A DNA stretch of 24,048 nt. Origin: Chiloscyllium plagiosum. Taxonomy: Eukaryota. Positions 1-9,248 of the stretch are shown one piece after another. The notes below the pieces were generated by a model, which had not been told where the DNA came from, searched no databases, and saw nothing but the letters and a program-made list of their open reading frames with translations. Location: NCBI RefSeq assembly GCF_004010195.1, contig NC_057718.1, positions 100,001,186 through 100,025,233 of the forward strand, read 5' to 3'. A program made the translations under genes and the position numbers. How positions within the stretch are numbered: position 1 is the stretch's first letter; each line of letters starts with the position of its first letter.

Positions 1-845
1 CCCTCTAAGCCTGCGCCTATCCAGATCCTCTATCTAAACCTGCCGCCTACTTTCTAAGGATCTGTATCCCGGCCCATTCATCTATCTGTCTCGATACATT
101 TGAAATGACGTTATCGTTCCCACCTCTACCACCTCTGCTGGCAATGTGTTCCAGGCCCCCACCACCCTCTATGTGAAGACCTGTCCAAGCATACCTCCCT
201 TAAACCTTTTCTCTCTCACTTTGAACTCATGGCCCCTAGTAATTGAGTTCCACACTCTGTGAAAAAGCTTCTTGCTGTCCACCCTGTCTATACCTCTCAT
301 GATTGTGTAGGCCTCAATCAGGTCCCCCTTCAACCTTCTTCCTTCCAATTAAAATAATCCTAATCTACTCAACCTCTCCTCATAGCTAGCATCCTCCATA
401 CCAGGCAACATCCTGATGATCCTCCTCTGCACCCTCTCCAAAGCATCCACATCCTTTTGGTAATGTGGCGACCAGAACTGTACGCAGTATTCCAAAAGTG
501 GCCAAACCAAAGTCTTATTCAACTGTAACATGACCCACCAACTCTTGTACTCAATACCCTGTCCAATGAAGGAAAGCATGCCATATGCCTTCTTGACCAC
601 TCTACTGATCTGCGTTGCCACCTTCAGGGAACAATGGATCTGAACACCCAGATCTCTCTCTACATCAATTTTCTTCAGGACTTTTCCATTTACTGTACAG
701 CTTACTCTTGATTTGGATCTTCCAAAATGCATCGCCTCACATTTGTCCGAATTGAACTCCATCTGTCGTTTCTCTGCCAACTCTCCAAGCTATCTACATT
801 CTGCTACATTCTCCAATAGTCCCCTTCACTATCTGCTACTCCACC
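1..845 (-). mobile_element. CR1-clade (HER1-like) LINE, 3' portion of ORF2 plus 3' UTR, 5'-truncated; runs off the window start
   Basis: ORF 349-780 reads QMEFNSDKCEAMHFG...ERDLGVQI...LEYCVQFWSPHYQKDVDALERVQRR..RMLPG..YEERLSRLGLF, the typical CR1 post-RT region. Colinear with 18826-19673 in this window. Confidence 0.95.
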
Positions 846-861
846 TAATACAACAGGCAAT

Positions 862-1086
862 TTAGATTAGATTAGATTCCCTACAGTACGGAAACAGGCC
901 CTTCGGCCCAACCAGTCCACACTGACCCATTTCCCTCTGAATGATGCAACTAGCAATATGGGCAATTTAGCATGGCCAATTCACCCTGACCTGCACATCT
1001 TTGTGACTGTGGGAGGAAACTGGAGCACCCGGAGGAAACCCACACAGACACGGGGAGAACATGCAAATTCCACACAGACTGTCACC
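862..1086 (-). mobile_element. HE1-like V-SINE lacking its tRNA head
   Basis: (TTAGA)n tail at 862-876, CR1-shared AACAGGCCCTTCGGCCC at 893-909, and a body colinear with the full copy at 9304-9618. Confidence 0.9.
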
Positions 1087-1149
1087 ATGCCATCCTATTC
1101 CAGCTTGGAAATACTCCAGAGATTATCGATTCAGCTGATCTCTGGAATA

Positions 1150-1560
1150 GACATTGTGCAGCCTGGGCCTATTCTCACTGGAGTTTCGGAAGAGGAAAGG
1201 TGATCTTATTAAAACTTTAAGATTCTGGGTGGGGGAGGGGGAGAGGGGGGGGCTTGACAGGGTAGAGTTTGAGAACATGTTCCCACTAGGGTCGGAATCT
1301 AGAAAAAGACGACTCGGTTTAAAATGAAAAGATCCCTGGTTGAAAGTAGAAACGTGGACTGATTTCTTCTCTCAAAGCCTTTCGGATTCTCTTTGACAGT
1401 GAGCAGTGATTACATTCATGGTTTGGTTCAAAACCTTTGATAGATAAGTATGTTGGGGCAGGCGAGCAAGTGTAATTATAGGGGCTACCAGGGTTTTATT
1501 GACTGGTGAAGCAGGCCTGAGGGGTTCAATAGCCTCACCCTGCACTTCTCATGATCTTGT
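1150..1560 (+). mobile_element. Old CR1 LINE 3' fragment
   Basis: CTGGGCCTATTCTCACTGGAGTTT...GGTGATCTTATTAAAAC (LGLFSLE..GDLI) followed by a decayed 3' UTR. Confidence 0.8.
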
Positions 1561-1665
1561 GAATGTAGGAATAGTGATAAAGCATTTAAACACAGCTTGC
1601 TGGTAATTGATTTGAATGCAAAAGTTTAGCATAAGAGACTTGGTGTTTTTCACCAGAGTCTAGAC

Positions 1666-2508
1666 TGATTGATTGATTGGTTGTTGTCACGTGTTCCCAA
1701 ATACAGTGAAAAGTGTTGTTTTGTGTTCTATACAGGCAGATCATACTACACAGGGTAGCAGAGCAGAGCGCAGAATAGAGTGTTACAGCCACAGAGAAGG
1801 TGCAGGGAGAGAGAGAGAGAGAGATCAGCATTAACGTTTGAGAGGTCCATTCAAACATTTGATAACAGGCAGGGAAGAAGCTGTTCTTTAATCTGTTTGT
1901 ACGTGTTTTCAAACTTTTATATCTTCTGCTGATGGAAGAGGGTGGAAGAGAGTATAACCAGGGTGGAGGGGTCTTTGATAATGTTGGTTGCTTTCCTGAG
2001 ACAGCAGGGAGTGTAGATGGAGTCAATGGATGGGAGGCTGGTTTGTGTGATGGACTAGGCTGTGTTCACAGCTCTCTGTAATTTCTTATGGTCTTGGGAA
2101 GGACAGTTCCCATACCAAGCTGTGATGCATTCAGATAGGATGCTTTCTGTGGTGCATCTATAAAAATTGGTAAGAGTCTTTGTGGACATGTCAACTTTCC
2201 TTAGCTTCCTGAGGAAGTTAGAGACATTGTTGTGCTTTCTTGAACATTGCTTCAATGTGGGTGGACCAGGACAGATTGTTGGTGAGCATCACTCCCAGGG
2301 ACTTGATGCTCTTGACCATTTCCACCTCAGTCCCATTGATACAGACGGGTGTGTCCTCCACTCCCCTTCCTGAAGTCAATGACCAGCTCCTTCGCTTTGC
2401 TGATGTTGATGGAGAGATGGTTGTCTTTACACCATGCTGATAAACACTCAATCTCTTCCTGTCTCATCGTTGTCTGAGATACAACCTACAACAGTGGTGT
2501 TATCAGCA
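1666..2508 (-). mobile_element. Rex1/Babar-type LINE 3' fragment (RT C-terminal half, frameshifted)
   Basis: Successive minus frames read ADNTTVVGCISDNDET (decayed FADDTTVVG), CINGTEVEMV..LGVMLTNNLSWSTHI, FLRKLRK..LTNFYRCTTESILSECITAWYGNC and RRYKSLKTRTNRLKNSFFP. The tail is (ATCA)n, seen as (TGAT)3 at 1666-1677. Confidence 0.85.
1807..1824. repeat. (GA)9 microsatellite inside the Rex1 3' UTR
   Basis: Read directly from the sequence. Confidence 0.95.
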
Positions 2509-2560
2509 CCACCATCAGGGGTAGCTGAGCATATCTTGTGAAATTTTGGAAGAGAAACCT

Positions 2561-2600
2561 GGGTAAGGGGGTGGGGGGGGGGGGGGGGGGGGTTGGTGGG
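2561..2600 (+). repeat. G-rich tract with a G20 homopolymer (2573-2592), G-quadruplex-capable
   Basis: GGGTAAGGGGGT-G20-TTGGTGGG. Confidence 0.9.
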
Positions 2601-2977
2601 AATGATTGGAACGTTGCTCCCAAAATGTGTGGAAATCATGTGGATACGGGTCACAGTTCAAATTTCTGCTAAATTGTATTCCATAATCGCATATGTAAAA
2701 TGCTCCAGGAACCAACTCAATGGGGGCAGCCTGACAGACTGCAATGGTATATTTTCTACCAGTTTAGAGTATTCCTCTATGTGGTTAAGAGCGAAAGCTG
2801 TACTAGCTTGGTTAGCACAACGGAAAACAGATATAACACTAAAGATGGGCATTTCCCTTCAGCGTAGCCAGTTTTCCACTTGTGAGTCATCAAATTTAAA
2901 ACCACCGAAAGTGACATTTTGAAAAAAAACCACCCTGAGCTGCTATGAAGCTGGTTGCTGTACCTGCCTATGAGGAC

Positions 2978-3328
2978 TTAGTGGTATTGCTACTGGTTTA
3001 GTATTCCCAGATAATATTCTGGGGACTGGGTTTTGAGCTCACTAAAATAATCTGGAATTAAGGGTTTGATGATGACCACAGCATCATGTGGTTTGCAAAT
3101 TTCTATCTTTACCTGGTCTGGTCTCCATGTGACTCCAGACCCTCAACCAATATGGTTGACTCTTAACTGTCCTCTGGTAGAATAGGGATGATCAAGGGGC
3201 GGCGCTCTGAAAGCTTGTGGTTTCAAATAAACCTGCTAGACTATAAGCTAGTGTTGTGTGACTTCTGAAATAGGGATAAGTAATTAATGTTGGCTGTACC
3301 CAGTGTTACCCACATCACGTGAATGAGT
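2978..3328 (+). mobile_element. Second SINE family (here 'SINE-B'), interrupted at 3190-3268 by a PLE fragment
   Basis: CATGTGACTCCAGACCC..CAATATGGTTGACTCTTAACTGTCCTCTGG closely matches 16959-17009. Degenerate tRNA-like head near 2978-3040. Confidence 0.7.
3190..3268 (+). mobile_element. Penelope-like family A terminal fragment
   Basis: Matches the family A end (GAAAGCT..CAAATAAACCTG..GACTATAA..GTGTTGTGTGA). Flanked by a 9-bp TSD AATAGGGAT at 3181-3189 and 3269-3277. Confidence 0.8.
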
Positions 3329-3362
3329 AGTGGAAAAAGTAGCCCTTTAAACATGAATGGAG

Positions 3363-3948
3363 CATTGCCCTTTATTTCAGTGAGGTTGGAGTATAAGAAT
3401 GGGGAAGTCTTAATGCACTGTATGAGCTATTGGTGAGACTGGAGTACTTCAAGCAGTTTGGTCCCCTTATTTAAGGAAAGACATTATTTCATTGGAGGCA
3501 ATTCAGTGGAGGGTCACTAGGATGATCCCTGGGATGGAGGGATTGTCTTATGAGCAAAGGCTAAACAGGTTGGGTCTCTACTCCCTGGAGGTGACCTCAT
3601 TGAAACTTATCGGATGCATAAGGGGCTTGATAGGGTCAATGCTCGGAGGCTGTTTCCCCTCATGGGAGAGTCTGGGACCAGAGGGTATAGTCTCAGAATA
3701 AAAGGGCACCGATTTCAGACTGAGACGGGGAATTATTTCTTCTCTCAGGGGGTTGTGAGTCTTTGGAACTCCTTGCCACAAAGAGCTGTGGAGGCACAAT
3801 CCTTGTGTATATTTAAGGCTGTGATAGATAGATTCTTGATCAGTCAGGGAAATTAAGGGTTATGGTGAAAGGGCAGGAAAGTGGATCAAAGCAGGCTCAA
3901 GAGGCTGAATGGCCTGATCCTTCTCCAATTCCTTACGGTCTATGGTCT
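3363..3948 (+). mobile_element. CR1 LINE 3' fragment
   Basis: ORFs LEAIQWRVTRMIPGMEGLSYEQRLNRLGLYSLE and KGLDRV...FFSQGVVSLWNSLPQRAVEA..FKAVIDRFL; the 3' UTR ends with GGCTGAATGGCCT. Confidence 0.92.
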
Positions 3949-4377
3949 GACACTCAGCATTCTCTGAGTAACCTGGATTTTCTTTTGTGACTTGAATGAA
4001 ATTGTGGAGAATTATGTTTGAAGATCTTTCTCCAACCCAGTGGAATTGGTGACATCTTACATTGTCCACTTTGGGCACGGCCAGTTCTGCAGGGAAAGGT
4101 CTAACACAGATGCTTGAAATATTGAAACAGAATGCACAGACACAGGCCGTTTGAGTGAAAACAAATCATAACCATGAATTGCTTATAGATATACTAGAGT
4201 TACTAAGTGCAACTTATGCTTTTCAAAAGGAAGACATTTAAGCCAAAAATGTGTAATTAGTGGCTGTCTAAAATCTCTGTGAGAATTACTCTGAGTTTCA
4301 AGAGGATTTTTGGAATGTCACATGTGAACAGAACTTTAGATAACAACACTTCAGGGGGAGAGATGTCATTCGTAATG

Positions 4378-4500
4378 GTTACCTGATGAGGGAGCAGCAC
4401 CCCAAAAGCTGGTACTTATAATTAAATCTGTTGGACTATAACCTGGTGTTGTGCGATTTTTAATTTTGTCCACCCCAGTCCAATACTGGCATCTCCACAT
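4378..4500 (+). mobile_element. Penelope-like family A terminal fragment with a decayed hammerhead
   Basis: CTGATGA at 4383-4389, with GAAA mutated to AAAA. Colinear with 6635-6754. Possible TSD TAATG at 4373-4377 and 4501-4505. Confidence 0.85.
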
Positions 4501-4639
4501 TAATGAAGAGATGGAAACTTTACAGACCATCAGGAGTGGAAAAGCCTTATCTAAGAATAAGGAGTCAATGGCCTTATGGAATGTATGTGTGGACACCACA
4601 CCATGGTATCTAACTGTACTCGGATCAGTAACAGCCTTA

Positions 4640-4730
4640 GGTACCTTCGATGACCAACATGTTCTGGAGTGGGACTTGTTCCCAGAGCCTCTGGCCTAAC
4701 GGTAAGGAGGCTACTTGTGTGCCACAATGT
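4640..4730 (-). mobile_element. Degenerate tRNA-derived SINE head
   Basis: Minus strand reads GTGGCACACAAGTAG...GGGAACAAGTCCCACTCC (decayed A and B boxes). Similar to 18660-18722. The 3' extent is unclear. Confidence 0.5.
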
Positions 4731-5539
4731 CTCCTCTTCCCCTTGCACTAATACATGTGGTCTTCCATCTTACTGGAATCTTCTGTATGGGGACCAAGGA
4801 AAGAAACAACTTCTTTAAGTACCTGCTTAAGAATATGGGCTTGGCTTCCGGGAGCAGGGAGCAGATGGAACCAGGGAAAATGGCAAAGATGAAGATCAGT
4901 CTGTAACAGTAACAACTGCAGAATGGATGGACGGTGACAATTGGAAAGCAGCTATCATCAGGGTCCCAGTGACTTACAAGCCCTGTTGTCAATCTGCAAA
5001 GTTCTATTACCTTTAAGTTTCAGTGTTAAGTATATTTTAGCATTGATTACTGTCAGAGAAAATGGGATGGAATTGGATTTTCTTTTGCTAATTGGCTTCA
5101 CCCAAGGTTAATATGTTGCCATGTAAATCAATCACATGCTAAAGAAGCCTCTCTCGAGCCACATTAAAAGCAATCAGGGTAGGCTTTTGACAGAGACAAT
5201 GCCGTGATAAAATCTGACCTTTTCATACTGTCAGATTGCGTCTGTGGTGGATGATGAGAGCTTTGTCCAAGACAGAAGACTATCTGTCATCTACTCTGCA
5301 ACGTACCAATTAACAAATGGGGTATTTTCCCAGGCAGTGTTCTGTAGTTTATACAGCTGTAATATCTCCTGTGCGAACTGCAATGGTATCGTCACTGGTG
5401 GCAGATAGCCAGCTACAGGCATATGACAATTAAATTCAAGGGTTGCATGGCATTTAGACAAAGCAAAGGAAAACTGTTACAGAAACTGTTGTTTCCCAGT
5501 CAATCGATTTCCACAATATTACAATTGCTTACTCTAGGC

Positions 5540-5692
5540 CCACACTCCAGCACAGCACTCAGGTAAGTGCTACACTGTCTGAGGGCCCAGCTTTTGGACA
5601 GACCGTTAAACACTCTTATGCATCAGTTATAAAAGTAGTGGAGAAACTGCTGAGAGGAATGGAAGAATCATCCAATCTGCTGGTGAATTTCT
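5540..5692 (+). mobile_element. Highly decayed Deu-domain SINE fragment
   Basis: CACTCCAGCACAGCACTCAGGTAAGTGCTACACTGTC..CCGTTAAAC resembles the reverse complement of 18410-18475. Confidence 0.5.
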
Positions 5693-5849
5693 CGATGAAT
5701 GATGCTGATGGCATGCGGGGATTAACACCAATTAACGGCAGGAGGTGGGGGAAGGAGGGAGATGTTCTTGTGATGAATAAATCCAATCAGCAGATACACC
5801 TCCATCTCGATACCATTGGCCAACACCACCCCCTACCTCATCCATGTTT

Positions 5850-6317
5850 TGGTTATCTCTATTCCATTTCTGCCTGTCCTCCAACACTGTACCCACCATA
5901 ATCTTGATGTCATTCAGAACTCCACTACCCTGTCTTCACCTGCAACAAGTCCATCACTGTCCGCCAATGTGTCAATCAGTTAAATAATGCCTCAATTTTA
6001 AAATTCTTATTTTTGTTTGCAAACCTGTCCAAGACCTTGCCTCTCCTCCAGCCTTACAAACCTCATCTAAGTCTGTCTCCCCCAGTTTTAATCACTCCAC
6101 TGTAACACCTGAGCTAGATGGGTGCAAGGCCCGAGGACACCTTTCCTAAATCCCTCCACCTTTCCATCTCGCTTTCTGACATTAAGATGTTCCTTAACCA
6201 AGCTCCAACATCTCGTTATGAGGCTTGGTGTCAAATTCCGCTTTCTCTTCCTTTTTTTAAGTGCACCTCTGATCACATTAGCATCAAAAGAGATTACAAC
6301 CTTGAGCCACAAGTTGT
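5850..6317 (+). mobile_element. Old L2-clade LINE 3' fragment
   Basis: CCTCAATTTTAAAATTCTTATTTTTGTTTGCAAA (the L2 'FKIL...K' region), TAAGATGTTCCTTAA..CCAAGCT and GGCTTGGTGTCAAATT, recalled as L2 3' features. Confidence 0.65.
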
Positions 6318-6580
6318 CCAGGCTGTCAAATTTCATAAACGAAGTGTGATAATGCAGAGCTTGGCAGGACAACATTGTTCCTTCAAAAAGGATATATTTC
6401 AGCACCGCCACTCTCAAAACAGAACCAATGCATAATCGCATCTCAACCATTATTAACAATCATTGATCAGTTATTTATCTTTCTTTCTATCCTCAATACA
6501 AATCTTCCAAAGGATTAATAGTACATTGAATTCTTATTGTTTTAAGGTTTTGGACCATAGGGTTCTCATTGTTACTTTCA

Positions 6581-6754
6581 ATGACACTGTGTTTGTTTGC
6601 TATAAATTCTGTGTCCTATGATCCTGCCCCACAGCTACCTGATGAAGGAGCAGTGCTCTGAAAGCTAGTAATTCCAAATAAACCAGCTGGATGAGAACAT
6701 GGTGTTGTGTGATTTTTAACTTAGTCCACCCAGTCCAACACTAGCACCTCCACA
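6581..6754 (+). mobile_element. Penelope-like family A terminal fragment
   Basis: Colinear with the reverse complement of 10196-10335. 15-bp TSD with 2 mismatches: TCATTGTTACTTTCA at 6566-6580 and TCATTGCTACCTTCA at 6755-6769. Confidence 0.9.
6636..6670 (+). ncRNA. Minimal type-I hammerhead ribozyme motif (PLE family A), core intact
   Basis: TAC-CTGATGA-A-GGAGC-AGT-GCTCT-GAAA-GC-TA-GTA. Helix I is TAC/GTA, helix II is GGAGC/GCTCT, a palindromic AGCT replaces helix III, and the predicted cut follows CUA (after 6667). Confidence 0.8.
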
Positions 6755-6826
6755 TCATTGCTACCTTCAGTGCAGCAATGAGATTTGAATCACCTATCGT
6801 TGACACCTCCAAGATTGCTAAAGTTA

Positions 6827-7159
6827 TAGAATCTCTACATTTTGGAAACAGGTCCTTTGGCCCAAAAAGTCCACACTGACCCTCCAAAGATTATCCCATC
6901 CAAACCAACTCCCCAACCCTATCCTACTCTCTATAATTACCTCTGAGTAATGCACCTAATCTACACATCCCTGAACACTATGGGCAGTTTAGCATGGCCA
7001 ATCCACCTAACCTGCACATCTTTGGATTGTAGGAGGAAACCCACGCAGACACGGGGGAAACATGCAAACTCCACACAGACAGTCACTCGAGGCTGGAATT
7101 GAACCCAGGTCCCTAGTGCTGGGAGGCAGCAGTGCTAACCACTGAACCACCGTGACACC
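6827..7159 (-). mobile_element. HE1-like V-SINE, near full length
   Basis: tRNA-like head with B box GGTTCAATTCC on the minus strand, conserved body and CR1-like tail. Confidence 0.92.
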
Positions 7160-7875
7160 TCATGTCACCAGGTTATAGTCCACCTCCATATGATCCTCCT
7201 ATCAAGTGAGAAAACAAATGAACATGTACCAAACATCTCACTGACGTCAATTCTTCCATTCAGGATCACATGGAATCGACTCTGGGATTCTCAATCTGTA
7301 GGATTTCTGAAGTTGATCCTACTTTCCCAATTTAAGGATGGCCCCCAATCTCAGAGAGGACAGAGGGAATCTCTTAAGGGCATCCTGAGGGCCCCACTGA
7401 ATAAGGGCACAATTGATGCCAGTTTGCGTGTTAACTTGCCACTAACTATGCCATGCAGTGACCCCTCATTACAACATAAACCTGACCGCGTAAACTCTGT
7501 CGCGGAGACCGAAGGAAAGCAAAAGGAGAAAGCACGTGGAAATCCACTTCAAAAGGAATCCCCAGTGCCTTTGGACAGCCCTGGCCCTCCCTGCCCAGAG
7601 ACCTGTGGCTCCAGAATTGGCCTCCAAGTCTCCTGAGGACACACACATATGTATTGTGAAGATCTGGCAAGTGTCATCCTCTGTTCAAGGGGCTGGTATC
7701 AATGACGATCTTGTTGTTACTGACCCACATATAGGATCATCAGGACAAGGTAGGCTATCCAACCCCTCAACTCTTTTACCACGATAATGTCTGATTTGAA
7801 ACTTAACTTCTTAGTCACTTTGATGAACAAGAACCTATCAATTTCAGATTTAAAACAAATGGTGAATAGACTCAA

Positions 7876-8745
7876 TTGAGCGCATATCTCCACCACTCTG
7901 AATTAGTTTCAGGATGGTGCAGGTGTGGTAGATGTTCATCACAGTCTGTCCACTCCAGGCCAGTGCCATCGTTTTTTCTATGTACATTTTGTCTTTTCCT
8001 CTTTCTCTTCTTCCTTTCTTCTTCGTCTTTGGGACTGAGCATTGTCGGCGGGGTGTTGGCTGGATCATTGGTGGTGTGGATCGGGACTCTTGGTGGTGGT
8101 AGGCCTGGACCCTGGACTGTGGTGTTGGCGGTACCCAGAATCTGGACTCCTGGTGGTGGTGGTAGGCCCTGAGCTTGGACTCCTATTGGTGGTAAGCCCA
8201 GAGCCTGGACTCCTGATGGTGGTGGTGCCCAGAGCCTGGACTCCTGGTAGTGGTGGTAGGCCTGGAGCCTGAACCCCTGGTGGTGATAGGCCCAGAGCCT
8301 GGATTCCTGATGATGGCGGTGCTCAGAGCGTGGACTCCTGATGGTGGTATGCCCAGAGCCTGGAGTCTTGGCAGCAGTGGCAGCGCCCTGAGTGGGAAGC
8401 CAGTAGACAGTAGGCCCAGAGCCTGGAGTCTTGGCAGCAGTAGCAGTGCCCGGAGCTAGGATTCTATCAGCAGTAGGCCCGGAGCCTGGAGTCTTAGTGG
8501 TGGCAGCAGCAGAGCTGGAGTCTCCTGGGGCATCAGTGTCATCATTACTGTCCCCAGAACGGGACACATTGAGGCCCAGAACATCTTGCAGAGACCTTTC
8601 AGAAGCTCTGGAGAAGAGCTTAAGACCCCAATTTGAGCAGAAGATGAACTCTTATTTAAGTAATTTTTTTGTATCTTTGTTGTAACTCAGACAAAGCACA
8701 TTTCACTATATCTTCAAGGTCTATGTGACGATAAATCATTCATTC
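7876..8745 (+). mobile_element. Putative non-autonomous composite retroelement: pyrimidine-rich leader, VNTR and Rex1-like 3' tail
   Basis: The 3' end TTTCACTATATC..TATGTGACGATAAATCATTCATTC matches the Rex1 tails at 1666-1718 and 22533-22578 (reverse complements). Possible TSD ACTCAA at 7870-7875 and 8746-8751. Confidence 0.6.
8084..8526. repeat. Minisatellite/VNTR of about 14 units of 29-33 bp
   Basis: Unit consensus is approximately GGACTCCTGGTGGTGGTAGGCCCAGAGCCT. The distal units alternate as a dimer of about 63 bp. Confidence 0.95.
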
Positions 8746-9248
8746 ACTCAAGATTATTGCCCTTATCGAAGCACTCTTGCTCGACTGATATTCTGTAAGC
8801 AAGAAGTCTCAGAAAAAAATCTTTTTAAGACACAGGAGGTTCCAGGCCAGGCCATGTCTATCAATCTGCTCAGAAAACTCTGCTCACATCTTAACAGCTC
8901 TGCAAACAATCCACAACAGCAAAGTCACACCAGCACATTCTAAATCAAGCAACAATATTCCAAATAAAACAAACTTACAATATTCTTTCTAAGAAAAAAT
9001 GTCAATCCACCCTATCTCCCAATGTCTTTGAAAGAATTCTGGATCCCAATTAATATCTTTACCAGTTCTTCCTAGGGCCACACTCTATTTCTGTACTCGG
9101 CTTTGATGAAATCTGTCATATTGTTTCCAGACAGGCTAATAAATGAGGGAAACATATTATTGCAATCGACCTCAGTGAAGGTGGCAATTAACAATTGATT
9201 GAGGATACAGTGAACAGAATACTCCCCAGAATATCCTGTTCCATTGCT

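Noticed and set aside
2593..2922. 109-aa ORF and overlapping antisense ORFs next to the G-run
   Set aside because: No recognisable domain, a non-ATG start, and the poly-Pro in the antisense frames comes from the homopolymer.
8084..8526. CRISPR-like repeat/spacer pattern (conserved CCCAGAGCCTGGACTCCT with variable interiors)
   Set aside because: The apparent spacers are only 12-15 nt and related to each other, the repeats are degenerate, there are no cas genes and the context is vertebrate. It is a minisatellite.
7872..8567. 231-aa Pro/Thr/Gly-rich, mucin-like ORF
   Set aside because: It arises from the stop-poor VNTR; the peptide repeat changes register with unit length, and several other frames are open too.
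8971..9000. Minus-strand micro-exon TTTTTCTTAG|AAAGAATATT|GTAAGT
   Set aside because: It is 10 nt, not frame-preserving, has a weak exonic donor context and no supporting neighbouring exons; plausible by chance in AT-rich DNA.
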